From: Callorhinchus milii
Taxonomy: Eukaryota
Assembly: GCF_018977255.1 (NCBI RefSeq)
Contig: NW_024705490.1
Location: 1 to 39,977, forward strand
Reading direction: 5' to 3'
Length of the DNA stretch: 39,977 nucleotides
Below the pieces are notes generated by a model. The model saw nothing but the letters and a program-made list of their open reading frames with translations, made no database searches and had not been told where the DNA came from. The position numbers and the translations under genes were made by a program. Shown here in pieces: positions 10,489 to 22,373 of this stretch (position 1 is the first letter of the stretch; each line of letters opens with the position of its first letter).

Positions 10489-12319
10489 CTGTGTGAGGTC
10501 GTGCCGGCCAGGCACACGGCGCAGAGGGTGGCGACGCGGGGGCTTGCCAAGCGCCGGCGTTGCCGCGCCCGCCGCCTCCGAGGGCAGGAAGGACTTGTCC
10601 TCGTAGGCGTTGGGCGCGGTGGCGGATGCCGCCTCACCGCCGGAGCGGGCGGCCGCCCCCGGCTCGTCACGCGCCGGCGTCCTGGCCCGGGCGGCCGCGC
10701 CGCAGCGGTAGGTGCGTAGCTCCTTGTTCTCCCGCTTGCAGCGCAGCACCACCGACACCGCAGCCACGTTCAGGACGCACGACGCCGCGGCCAGCGCCAT
10801 GACCGCGACGAACGGCGTCGCGAAGCCGTTGTCCCCGTCCCCGTCCCCACCGTCGTCCCCGTTGTCGCCGTCGTCCAGGAGCCGGCCCTCGGGGCGCGCG
10901 TCCGTGACGCGCACCGTCAACGTCTTGACCGACACGAGCGGCGGCGCTCCGTCGTCCCGCGCCACCACCGTCAGGTTGTACTCGGCGGTGGCGGTCGCCC
11001 CGCGGTCCAGCCGCGTCGCCGTCGCCAGCGCGTACACCTCGCCCCCCCGTCCCAGGCGCGGAGCGCGAATGGCGGCGCCACGCCGGGCCCCGCGGCCGAC
11101 GCGCCCTCGAGCGTGCAGGTCACGCGCCCGTTGGCGCCCGAGTCTCGGTCCCGGACGCGGACGAAGGCCACGACGTGGCCGGGCGACGCCCCCCGGGACA
11201 CGCCGACGACGGCGGCCGCGGAGTCCGCCGCGGCGTCGCCGGTCGGGCCGAGCAGCCGCACGACGGGCGCGTTGTCGTTCACGTCCAGGACGCGCACCAG
11301 CACCGTGGCGTAAGCGGGGACGGAGTCTGGCCCCCGGTCGCGCGCCCGCACGTGCATCTCGTGGGAGTCGGCCTCCTCGTGGTCCAGGGCCCCCACGAGG
11401 GTGACTAGGCCCGAGCGCGAGTCCACCGCGAAGAGGTCGTGCGCCGTCTCGCGCGCCCCCAGCATCGCCGCGTACTCCACCTCCCCGTTGGCGCCTCGTC
11501 CGGGTCCGACGCGTGGAGCCGCGCGACCAGCGTGCCCGCCGGCGCGTCCTCGGGCACCAGCGCCCGGTACACGGGCCGCTCGAAGGCGGGCGCGTTGTCG
11601 TTGGCGTCGAGGAGGCGCACGGTGAGCAGGACCGTGCCGCTGAGCGGCGGGCGGCCCCCGTCCAGCGCGGTGAGCACGTACTCGTGCGTGGCCCGGCGCT
11701 CGCGGTCCAGGGCGCGGCGCACCACCAGCACGGGCGACAAAGCGCCGCCGCCGCCGTCGCGCGTCTCCAGGGCGAAGGCGCCGTCGTCGGGCTCCATGGC
11801 GTAGCCCCGCAGCGCGTTGGCGCCGGCGTCGGGGTCGCGGGCGCCGTCCAGCGCGAAGCGCGTGCCGACCGCGGCGCTCTCGGCGACCTCGAGGAGGGCG
11901 CTCTCGGCCGGGAAGCACGGCGCGTGGTCGTTGACGTCCAGCACGTCGACGACGACGCGCACCAGCTCGGCGGGCCGCTCCAGGACGGCGCCGAGCAGCA
12001 GGGAGCAGCCCGAGCCGGCGGCGCTCGCCCGGCGGCACGCGGCCTCGCGGTCGAGGCGCCGGCTCACCCGCACATCGCCGACGTCGGCGCTCACGGCGAG
12101 GTAGTCGGAGCCGTTGGTGCCCCGCAGCGCTTGGAATCGGCGAGCGCGGAATTGCTCGGCGGTGAGGCCCAGGTCGCGGGCCAGGTTCCCCACCAGCGTG
12201 CCCGGCGGCTCCTCTTCGCGGACCGAGTAGCGCGGGGGCGCCGGCGGCGAGCGGCGGGCGGAGGCGGCGGCGGTGACGGCGCAGCACAGGCAGACGAGGG
12301 CGGCGCCGAGAGGATCCAT
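10489..12319 (-). CDS. delta-2-type protocadherin (PCDH17/PCDH19-like) large exon: signal peptide, EC1-EC4, TM and juxtamembrane region; two -1 frameshifts (~11494, ~11042-11048)
   Basis: ATG at 12319 (MDPLGAALVCLCC..); YSVREEEPPGTLVGNL, LDRE, DVNDHAP, DPDAGAN, DANDNAP, DVNDNAP, DRDSGANG; hydrophobic TM followed by RCKRENKELRTYRC; donor CAG|GTAGGT at 10489. Confidence 0.92.
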
Positions 12320-12802
12320 TTGTCCGGGTCGGGGCGAGCCGGGGCACGAGCTGCGTGCGTGGACGGCGCCGGCCGAGGAGTCGGAATTGCGGGGAGACGA
12401 AGGGGGGAGAGGGTCGAGCAGGAATAAGGCAACGCTTGATAACAAGTATAACCCGTAAAAACAAAATTTTGGGAAAAAAATGTCACGAACATTAATTGTC
12501 ACGCACAACGAGTCTGTGTGCAAAATGTCATCTCGATTGGATCACGGGAAGTGGGTTAAAAAACGACCGAAAGATTTGCACGGTCCTAAGCAAGCAAGCA
12601 AGTGAACTTAATATCAAGGATTTGAAAACGACGACGTGGGGAAGCAGGTGATGGGAGGGGGAAGAACTGTTCGTTGTGATTTTTTTATTCGGATATTTTC
12701 AGTTGTGTAAATGAAATTGTGACGGGAAAATGGAAAAATTGACGATGCATAATCAATAGCGAGACTAGCTGTACTACCCGGTTTCGCCCGGGGGCTTGGA
12801 TG

Positions 12803-12995
12803 AACCACGCCCGGCCGCCTTTGTCCCCCCAGTGGCGATGTTCACACACCACGCCAGTTACTCGTTTGAGGCTGAGTCGACCTAGGGGAGGCCCAGGAGC
12901 GGTTAAAATAATCATCACCGGCGGTGGCCGTGAGCGGGAATCGAACTCGGGTCGCCGGTTTCGTAGCGCGGCGTAGCGCTACCCGCTACACTACA
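12803..12995 (-). mobile_element. tRNA-derived SINE fragment
   Basis: Minus-strand A-box-like TAGTGTAGCGG and B-box GTTCGATTCCC, followed by a non-tRNA body; no complete cloverleaf. Confidence 0.6.
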
Positions 12996-13420
12996 TTGCG
13001 TTACGCTTCCACATGCGCGGATTTGACATCACAACTCACTTGCCGTGCAAAAAATAACTGCATTATTGAGCTCCCCCCCCAAAAAAGTGTATTTTTATAA
13101 TTTGTGCACGGTGTCCAGTTTGGAAAGTACCCACATGGCAAATTTCAAGTTTGTTGCATGTCGGGAAGTACGCTAAACATTTTGAACACACACAATCACA
13201 ACTTTGCCTTTTATATAGATGGAGATGTAATCTTGGCCTTGTCAAGTTGCTTGAGATGACGCGCTCGACGGCCATCAATGAATAGAGTGCTACGGTGAAA
13301 TGCGGCGAAGTGTTTGACATACTTTAGTGCAAGCCGTCTCGTTGCTAGACACAAACATCAAGTGTTTATAACACTGGTCAACAACAACAACAACGTTTTT
13401 CTGGCCTGGACTTTTGCAGC

Positions 13421-13827
13421 AGTGTATAGTAGTGAATAGTGTAGTGTATAGTAGTGTATAATGTGTAGTGTATAGTAGTGTATAATGTAGTGTATAGTAG
13501 TGTATAGTGTAGTGTATAGTAGTGTATAGTGGTGTATAATGTAGTGTATCGTGTAGCAGTGTATAGTGTAAGTGTATAGTAGTGAATAGTGAAGTGTATA
13601 GTGTAAGTGTATAGTAGTGTTTTGTGTAGTGTATAGTAGTGTATAATGTAGTGTATAGTGTAGTATATAGTGTAGTGTATAGTAGTGTAGTGTATAGTAG
13701 TGTAGTGTATAGTGTAAGTGTATAGCAGTGTATAGTGTAGTGTATCGTGTAGCAGTGTATAGTGTATAGTAGTGTTTGTGTAGTGTATAGTAGTGTATAC
13801 TGTAGTGTATACTGTAGTGTATAGTGT
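13421..13827. repeat. (GTATA/GTAGT)-type simple satellite; second copy 20878-21228
   Basis: Seen directly; both arrays are followed by the same ~90 bp spacer and the same TIR element. Confidence 0.95.
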
Positions 13828-13925
13828 CGTATATGTGTTGGAGAGCCAAGCCACAACATTTACAATCTTGCGTCATGGAACACAAACGCTGAACATTGAT
13901 TGAAAAACATAAATTCTGTCTGTAA

Positions 13926-14369
13926 CACTGGTCAACAACAATACAAAAAGTCTGGCCTGGACTTTTGCAGCTGTTTCATTCTAATTTCAGGGTGCTGATT
14001 CCAAATCTGATCTCAGATTTGCTCTATCACATCTCATTTCTATGCTATCGGCATACCCAATTTTCATTGATTTTACCCCAAATTAACTCTGTCACTTATG
14101 ATTGCAAGTTGTTGCGAGTCAGTGGACTGCTTTAGTGTTAAAATATGGCGCTGTATTTTTAGGAGAGTGTGTTTATAATATCATTTTATGTAGATATCCA
14201 CATTTATTTAATATTTTTCTTCTACATTTTTTATTGAAAATGAAATATTTGATATCTCAAAAACCTGACGTGATAGACAAAAACTGATGCCAGATTTGGA
14301 ATCAGCACCCCAAAATTACATTAAGACCTATGGAATATCTTATTGCCAGACAAAGTGTGTTGACCAGTG
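13926..14369. mobile_element. non-autonomous TIR DNA transposon with CAC..GTG ends (Chapaev3-like); extra left end at 13372
   Basis: TIR CACTGGTCAACA/TGTTGACCAGTG, subterminal inverted repeat GGGTGCTGATTCCAAATCTG/CAGATTTGGAATCAGCACCC, preceded by TAA. The family name is recalled, not searched. Confidence 0.7.
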
Positions 14370-15196
14370 TCATTTTTAGATGTCGTGTTTCGCCTTGGCT
14401 CTAATTGTCCACGCTCAACTCACGTTGGCTGTAAGTCACCACGGCCCCTGACGTCACGGCAAGCCTCGGGGCCACTTGCTGGAGTTCTTCCATTACTCGT
14501 ACGGTACATAGGGTTTTTCGGTAAAGTCACGTAGGTAAAAAAGTTAAAATTTATAAAAGTAAAATAAGTTACTTGATACAGTAAGCGGGCTGTGACGGTT
14601 CCACCTGAAGACGGAAGCTTGTGTTGCCTCCGAAACGTCGTGATTTTTATTTTATTTTAATTTTACTTTTATTAATTTAAATTTTTTTACCTACGTGACT
14701 TTAGCAAAAAAACCTAAGAATATGAATCCTTGCAGTCAAGAAAGCTTCAAATCTAGAAATAGTAGGGTACATCTTCTTGGTTCTTTCGGTAAAGTGACGT
14801 AGAAGAAAATAATAAATAATAAAAATAAAACATTAAAAATATATTCTATTATATTATTAATGAAAATAATAAAAGAATAAAAATAAAACATAAAAAAATA
14901 TTTTATATTATTAATTTATTTTATTATGTTTACTTTATTTTATTATTTCCCTTCTACGTGACTTTACCGAAAAAACCTAAGAATATGAATCCTTGCAGTC
15001 ACGAAAGCTTCAAATCTACAAACAGCAGGGTACATTTCATTAAAGCGTGTGTTTTAAAAAAGTTAGTAATATTACTCATCACGTCCATATCCAACAACGC
15101 CGAGTGGCTAAGACATGTGGACGAGATCAAGTTGTCTGTCAAGAGCGTGAGCGCTGAGTAGCACAGGGAGGAGGAGACGCGTGTTTGGCCACGTAC

Positions 15197-15480
15197 CCGC
15201 TACGGGATTCACCAGCCGCCGTCGAACCTGCAGCAGCAGCAGTTGGTGTAGAGCAACACAAACAATGTCGAGCAAAGCGTCGTAAGGAAGACAAACGAGA
15301 GAGAGGTGAGAGAGAGGAGAGGCCTGGGGCGTTGAAACGAACGTCGCAGCTGTTTCTGAGGTCACGTGCTGACCACGTGGGCGGGTGAGTTGACCGGCAG
15401 CAGCAGCAGCCAATGGGAGGGAGGCGTGACGCACGCGCGGCTCTCAGCCAATCAGGGCTCTGTCCGCCCGTGGCGCGTGC
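15197..15480 (-). promoter_or_regulatory. candidate promoter and non-coding first exon of the protocadherin
   Basis: CpG-rich patch with two CCAAT boxes (~15409, ~15448) and two CACGTG motifs; minus-strand donor CGG|GTACGT at 15197; a matching pyrimidine-rich acceptor CGCAG| at 12350, 31 nt before the ATG. Confidence 0.4.
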
Positions 15481-15638
15481 TGCCCACCCAGCCAGCCAAC
15501 ATGGCGGCCTGGCACGACGGACGATTTGGTTGTCAGCGATCTGGAGTTGACGTTGACGTCACTGCAGCGATCCGTACTCTTTGGTTCTTTTGGTAAAGTC
15601 ACGTAGGTAGCAAAACAATGTTCTCGCTGTGGTTTTCC

Positions 15639-15681
15639 CACCTGATGATGATGATGCTTGTGTTGCAATCGAAACGTCGTG
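15639..15681 (+). ncRNA. minimal type I hammerhead ribozyme motif
   Basis: CAC-CUGAUGA-U-GAU(GA)UGC/GCAAUC-GAAA-C-GUC-GUG. Confidence 0.65.
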
Positions 15682-18600
15682 CTTTAGTTTTGTTTATTAA
15701 ATCTTTTTATTAAGTTCACTTGCGTGCTTGCGCGCTTACGACCGTGCAAATCTTTCGGTCGTTTTTTTAACCCACTTCCCGTGATCCAATCGAGCTGACA
15801 TTTTGCACACAGACTCGTTGTGCGTGACAATTATTTTCGTGAAATTTTTTTCCCAAATTTTCCACTTTTTAGGAAAAAAATTTTCATATTTAATTTAAAA
15901 TACCAATGTGATAAAAATGAAACTCTTACTCAAGAAAACAGAAATGAATAATAAAATAAAACCGATGCCACGCATATAAAGGATTTTACGGGTTAATTTT
16001 TTTTATACCTATGTGGCTTTAGCGAAAGAAACAGAGTATTTATCAGCATATTTGCATTGTTGTTACTTAGATGGAACTGTGTGCTTGTGTGTGTGTACGC
16101 AACCAGCAACACGGTTTACCCACAGCAAGGAATTGTTGAGGTGTTTTTCTTTCTATTACGTGCTTTTGTGTAACGTCAACTGATTTAAAGCTTTCGTGAC
16201 TGCAGGGATTCATCTTCTTGGTTCTTTCGGTAAAGTCATCACGTAGAAGGAAAATAATAAAAATAAAACATAATAAATAATTACTTTATTTTAAATAAAT
16301 AATTACTTTATTTTATGTTTTATTTTTATTATTTTATTATTTTCCTTCTACGTGATGACTTTACCGAAAGAACCAAGCAGAAAATAATTTTTTTTAATAA
16401 AATAATTATTTTATTGTTTTATTTTTATTATTTTATTAAATCATTTATTATGCTTTATTTTGATTACTTTATTACTTCCCTTCTACGTGACTTTACCGAA
16501 AGAACCAAGAAGATGAATCCCTGCAGTCACGAAAGAAGCTTTAAATCGATTCATTTTTATTTGATCATACGAATTGCATCCACCAGTTGTGACCTCACAC
16601 GTCAAATGTGGCAGCACGTGCAACTGTAATTGTTGTTGTATCTCATACACACGACACCGCACGAGCTATACACACCCACACGCACGGGGAAGAGAGAGGC
16701 AGCATTATTAGATGAGAGGAAGTGATAATCAAGTCTTTGTGTGAACCGACTTCCGAGATGAACATTTCCATTTGGAATCACACGACGCAGCACACAAATC
16801 ATTCACGCTGACACTAATGATCATCGAGCAGGCCATGCCGAGTTTCTCCATCGCCAGAGTGAGTCGTGCCCGGGGGTGATATTCGCAGGGACCCACACAA
16901 ATGTGATTATTCCCTTGAGATCAGAATTATGAATTTTCAGCAATTTTATTTTTATAAAAATCACTGTAATCAATGTTTTACATCATGGGATGATGTAATA
17001 TGAGAGTGCAGGGATTCATATTCTTGGTTCTTTCGGTAAAGTCGCGTAGAAGGGAAACAATTAAATAATATTATTTCCCTTCTACGTGACTTTACCGAAA
17101 GAACCAAGAATATCTTATAGCAAGTTCTGCACGCAATAAGTTTAGTGACATACCGCATCGGAATGCAAAGTTACAAATAAGATGTATTATCAAAGATACT
17201 AAGAGGTTTGCATTTACAATTCGTGATGTCTATTGCAAGTGGCTGGCATGAAAGCAACATTCATTACAAAAAATAAATTGCAAAAGAGAAAACTTTTAGC
17301 ATTTCACTTATAACGTTTTAATCAACAAACAACAATTCAGCTGAACATGAAACATCGTTTTTTCGTTCAAACTTTAAAACCGATAGCAGAAAAAACGCAA
17401 AAAAATGTGACATTTGTAAAACACTACATGTCAAATTCGAAAAAGGTTCATTAGCTGGCATAGCGAAATTAATCAATAATAAATTCCCGCTTGTCATTCA
17501 CGCAGCATATTTGCAAAAACGACATTTTTACATAAAGGACTTAACAAATACCTTGCTAATATATTCACCACGAACTAGACAGCGGAATGTCAACGTTGAA
17601 AGAAGAAAAGGGGCTTAACCAATTGCGGTGCCAAAATACCCATCCCCCCAATGCCTTGACAAACTGCGTTTGCAATCCGCGGTATTTCACCGATTGTCGT
17701 GAGGTCTGCAAGCGAGCGGCGATCGTTGGCAACGTAAAGTTGGGCCACGTCGCTGGATTCCAGTTAAAACCCTCCGCTTGGTGAAACTGGCTTAGAATAT
17801 AGAGAAAGAGTTCCTCCTGGTGGCGCGAAATCATCATCTTTAAATCGCGGGCCTTGGACTGGGAATGGCACCAACTTGTTTGAACCACCTCTCTAGGCAA
17901 GACTTGTGCTCTACCTTGAACACACGTCCAAGGCAGAGCACATTGAGATGATTGCAACATGTAAAATATTAATCTTAAACATTAGTAGTAATTGCAGATG
18001 TTCTCAATCTGCAAGGTGGCAAATTCAGCTGTGTCGCTGCAGACAACGTTAAAGTCTCGGCTTCTGAATGCGTGCAAAATAAGACTCTTGTTGTTTAGGA
18101 TGTGAAAATTGCTGATGAAATGACAACGTATGTTAAGCTTTGATGTTTACTGTACATTTGTAGACTTTATTAAACACCTAAAGAGCATACTAAACTATAG
18201 ATCAAAACTAATGAAAGTCCCAGGCATATGTTCAGCGTATGGCTTATAAAAACGGGAACATCTTGATTGCTGTCACATACGGAGAAGCATCACAACAGCA
18301 TCCTCGGTAGATTCTGAGATGACATTATTTCAGCAGAGCTGCGAAAGGCATTCATTGTTTGGTTGAAATCCAGGTGAAGCATTATCCAAAATAGGAATTG
18401 ACCAAAACTTCTATTTCCAAATCAAGGCCAAATAGAAAGTCCCAACAACCACAATGACTTTCATGACTATTTATTTGACAGTCCAAACAAGTGAATACGC
18501 CCCGTGCTCAAACTAATTGTGGATGTCTTATCCACGTGGGTGGTTTTACAGCAAGTGGTCAAATTGCTACACGTCTTTCAAAGGCCGGTGCCGACATGAA

Positions 18601-19023
18601 AAACGTTTGCCACCTTCACGTCATTAACAGCTCCAAACACGAAGTCAGAACGCTTCATAATGCCGGTTTATTAAATGCAAAAACTATATTGTGGAACAAC
18701 ACAGTGGCCCTGTGACCAGGGTGGGTTTGAAGTCCATTCAAGGAGACAGACCGGTAAACTCATCTGGGAAGAGACAAATCAACAATTGCAATGATCAAAG
18801 CAGCGCTTACATTATATCCATACAAGTGTGTTGGTTAGTATATAGAATGTAAATGTGAGATGAGTGGCATGTTGGTAAATGGTGCTTAGGACACAATAAA
18901 TATCAAGTTAAATTTCGATTTAAAACTTTCGTGACTGCAGGGATTCATCTTCTTGGTTCTTTCGGTAAAGTCATCACGTAGAAGGGAAGTAATAAAATAA
19001 TAAAAATAAAAATAATAAAATAA

Positions 19024-19195
19024 TTCTCACGACGTTTCGGCCACAACGCAAGCAGCCGTCCTCAGGTGGAGAACAGGTCTGTCGGGGAGACAGCGTCTGA
19101 ATGCGTGTGCTGTTTCATTCAGACGCTGTCTCCCCGACAGACCTGGTTTTCACCTGAGGACGGCTGCTTGCGTTGTGGCCGAAACGTCGTGAGAA
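19024..19195. ncRNA. divergent pair of hammerhead motifs (19024-19073 -, 19147-19195 +); similar pairs 20132-20248 and 38756-38924; single copy 33802-33850 +
   Basis: UUUUCAC-CUGAGGA-C-GGCUGC/GUGGCC-GAAA-C-GUC-GUGAGAA: 7-bp stem I and 6-bp stem II. Confidence 0.8.
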
Positions 19196-20352
19196 TTATT
19201 TTATGTTTTATTTTTATTATTTTATTATTTCCCTTCTACGTGATGACTTTACCGAAAGAACCAAGAAGATGAAATATCAAGTTAACTGAACAGCCACTGC
19301 TAGCACTGAGTGGGGTGAAAATGGGGGTGAGGATTATTAGGATCAACCGCCATCGATTTTAAATATCCCTGCAGTCCAAAATCTTTACTCAAACTACAGT
19401 GAATCACGCGAGCGGGTCTTCATCATTCCCACGTTGACATGCACTTGCATAATGACGCGGCAGAGAGCGGATTGAACTTAGTGGCCTTACCTGATAACAT
19501 TTAAAGTTTGATTCTAGATTGGAAGTTTTCGTGACTGCAAGGATCCATACTCTTTGGTTCTTTCGGTAAAGTGACGTGGGTAGAAAATAAAAATAATGAT
19601 AAAATGTAAAATACAAATAAAATTAACTCAATTTTAGTTATTTTCATCTTTAAAATTTTAATAACTAAATTTTAGTTATTTTAATTTCACACTTAATTTT
19701 ATTCTTATTTTCACCTACGTGACTTTACCGAAAGAACCAAAGAGTATTTAAAGTTTAGTATCGATTTTAGCAGCAGCCATAACACTCGTCAATTCACAAA
19801 CTCGGAACTTAAGTAATCGCCAATCAACTGACTTTCACTGATTGCAGTTTGCTCTAATTGTATGCAAGCATCGCTGACTGTAACGAATGTTCCTTTTTTA
19901 TTCCATTGTGTTAAATCACAAATGCGTAATGTATTTTAGTTGTAGACACTAATTGATACACTGATCGAGACATTTAAACCAATACACCGTTCAAAAGTAA
20001 TGCAATGCTAAAACATGCATTTCGATTTAAAGCTTTCGTGACTGCAGGGATTCATCTTCTTGGTTCTGTCGGTAAAGTCATCACGTAGAAGGGAAATAAT
20101 AAAATAATAAAAATAAAACATAATGAAATAATTCTCATGACGTTTCGGCCACAACGCAAGCAGCCGTCCTCAGGTGGAGAACAGGTCTGTCGAGAAGGCA
20201 GAGATTCTGAAGACGGCTGCTTGCGTTGTGGCCGAAACGTCGTGAGAATTATTTAATGTTTTATTTTTTATTATTTTACTATTTCCCTTCTACGTGACTT
20301 TACCGAAAAAACCAAGAAGACGGATTGAACTTCTCACCACAATGCGTCGAGT

Positions 20353-20502
20353 TTACTGAAACCCATCTTTGCTTTGCATTTTGGAGAAGCCGTTACCGTG
20401 TTCTGGCGGAACTGCTGAAGGCTGCTGAAAGGCGGCTGCGATGGTCTTTGCGGAGACACTCTGGAAGTCGATGAGCAGATTGGTGTCTGCTACTCTGCGT
20501 CC
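20353..20502 (-). CDS. probable last coding exon of the TTC31-like gene
   Basis: Strong acceptor CCCTTGTGTCCTCAACAG|; reads GRRVADTNLLIDFQSVSAK..DGFQ*; the start resembles the final strand of an RRM. The link to TTC31 is inferred. Confidence 0.5.
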   Translation of the reverse strand, partial: GRRVADTNLLIDFQSVSAKTIAAAFQQPSAVPPEHGNGFSKMQSKDGFQ

Positions 20503-21344
20503 CTGTTGAGGACACAAGGGAGAGACACATGGCTTTATTTTGGTGATTTCAAAAAGTGTACAGTATTGGTTTAGCCATGTTTGTTTGTTGTAGTACAGAG
20601 TTAGACTGATGGCCTTAATCTAAGTTGTCTTGTGGTTGTTGTTGTTGTTGTTTGACTTGCATCCCACTGGGATTTTTGCACACAGTGTCGGAGTACGGTG
20701 TATTTTCTGCAATATTTTGCTTTTTTTCTTGGATTGCGTCCATAGGAAGAGTTTTTTGGGGGGTGAGATCGCATAAATATATCAATGTGTCGTTAAACCC
20801 GCCACCACCCCACACAGCCAACTAGTGAGGGTTGTCACGTAAACAGAACGTGGCAAATTAGTCACTAGTACAGCACTAGTGTGTAGTGTATAGTGTAGTG
20901 TATCGTGTAGTGTATCGTGTAGCAGTGTATAGTGTATAGTAGTGTATAGTGTAGTGTAAAGTCGTGTATAGTGTAGTGTATAGTAGTGTATAGTGTAGTA
21001 TATAGTGTAGTGTATAGTGTAGTGTATAGTGTAGTGTATAGTAGTGTAGTGTATAGTAGTGTAGTGTATAGTGTAGTGTATAGTAGTGTATAGTGTAGTG
21101 TATCGTGTAGCAGTGTATAGTGTAAGTGTATAGTAGTGTTTCGTGTAGTGTATCGTGTAGGAGTGTATAGTGTAGTGTATAGTAGTGATTCGTGTAGTTT
21201 ATAGTAGTGTATAGTGTAGTGTATAGTGTCGTATATTAGTACAACACACCGGTGTGTTGGAGAGCCAAGCCACAACATCTACAATCTTGCGTCATGGAAC
21301 ACAAACGCTGGACATTGATTGAAAAACAGCAATTCTGTCTGTAA

Positions 21345-21784
21345 CACTGGTCAACAACAATAAAAATCAACTGGCCTGGACTTTTGCAGCTGTTTCAGAC
21401 TAATTTCAGGGTGCTGATTCCAAATCTGATCTCAGATTTGCTCTATCACATCTCATTTCTCTGCTATCGGCATACCCCATTTTCATTGATTTTACCCGAA
21501 ATTAACTCTGTCACTTATGATTGCAAGTTGTTGCGAGTCAGTGACTGCTTTAGTGTTAAAATAGGGTGCTGTATTTTTAGGTTAGTGTGTTTATAATATC
21601 ATTTTATGTAGATATCCACATTTATTTAATATTTTTCTTCCGCATTTTTTATTGAAAATGCAATATTTGATATCTCAAAAACCTGACGTGATAACAAAAC
21701 TGAATCCAGATTTGGAATCGGCACCCCAAAATTCCCTTGAAACCGTTGTAATACCTCATGCCAGACAAAGCGTGTTGACCAGTG
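21345..21784. mobile_element. second copy of the CAC..GTG TIR element
   Basis: Same TIRs and body as 13926-14369; flanks TAA/TTA. Confidence 0.75.
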
Positions 21785-22343
21785 TTATCAGAGGGTCTCA
21801 TTCATCGCCGTTCACACCCCCCTCGGTAGCGATGGGAGTTAAGCGTGTCCACGATCAGGACATCAACATGTCACAATGTTCATGATCGTCAGCAATCATC
21901 TACCTCCCCACGTCATCACCGTCCCTCATAATCCTGGATGTCATTCCATTGAAACGCCGCCCATTCCATCGCCACACTCATCCCTTGGCTACCACCCATT
22001 CTTGCAAGATGTCCTGCCCAAGATCAATTTTTAAATCCTTTATATTAAGTTCGCTTGCTTGCTTGCTTAGGACCGTGCAAATCTTTCGGTCGTTTTTTAA
22101 CCCACTTCCCGTGATCCAATCGAGCTGACATTTTGCACACAGACTCGTTGTGCGTGACAATTAATGTTCGTGAAAATTTTTTTTCCAAATTTTTACACTT
22201 TTTAGAAAAAAATTCATATTTAATTTAAAATACCAATGTGATAAAAATGAAACTCTTACTCAAGAAAAACAGAAATGAATAATAAAATAAAACCGATGCC
22301 ACGCATATAAAGGATTTAGTGAAAAACTTTGTTTTTACGGGTT

Positions 22344-22373
22344 NNNNNNNNNNNNNNNNNNNNNNNNNNNNNN
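22344..22373. other. assembly gap (30 N)
   Basis: Run of N. Confidence 1.

Noticed and set aside
10357..12492. Many overlapping ORFs on both strands
   Set aside because: Shadow frames of the very GC-rich protocadherin exon.
12925..12995. tRNA gene
   Set aside because: A and B boxes only, no full cloverleaf; better explained as a SINE head.
13290..13885. Tyr/Thr/His-rich ORFs, also 20865-21278 and the ORFs over 8872-9279
   Set aside because: Translations of simple repeats.
17200..18900. 131-aa ORF at 17565-17960 and neighbouring unique sequence
   Set aside because: No recognisable domain; more likely 3' UTR or intergenic sequence.
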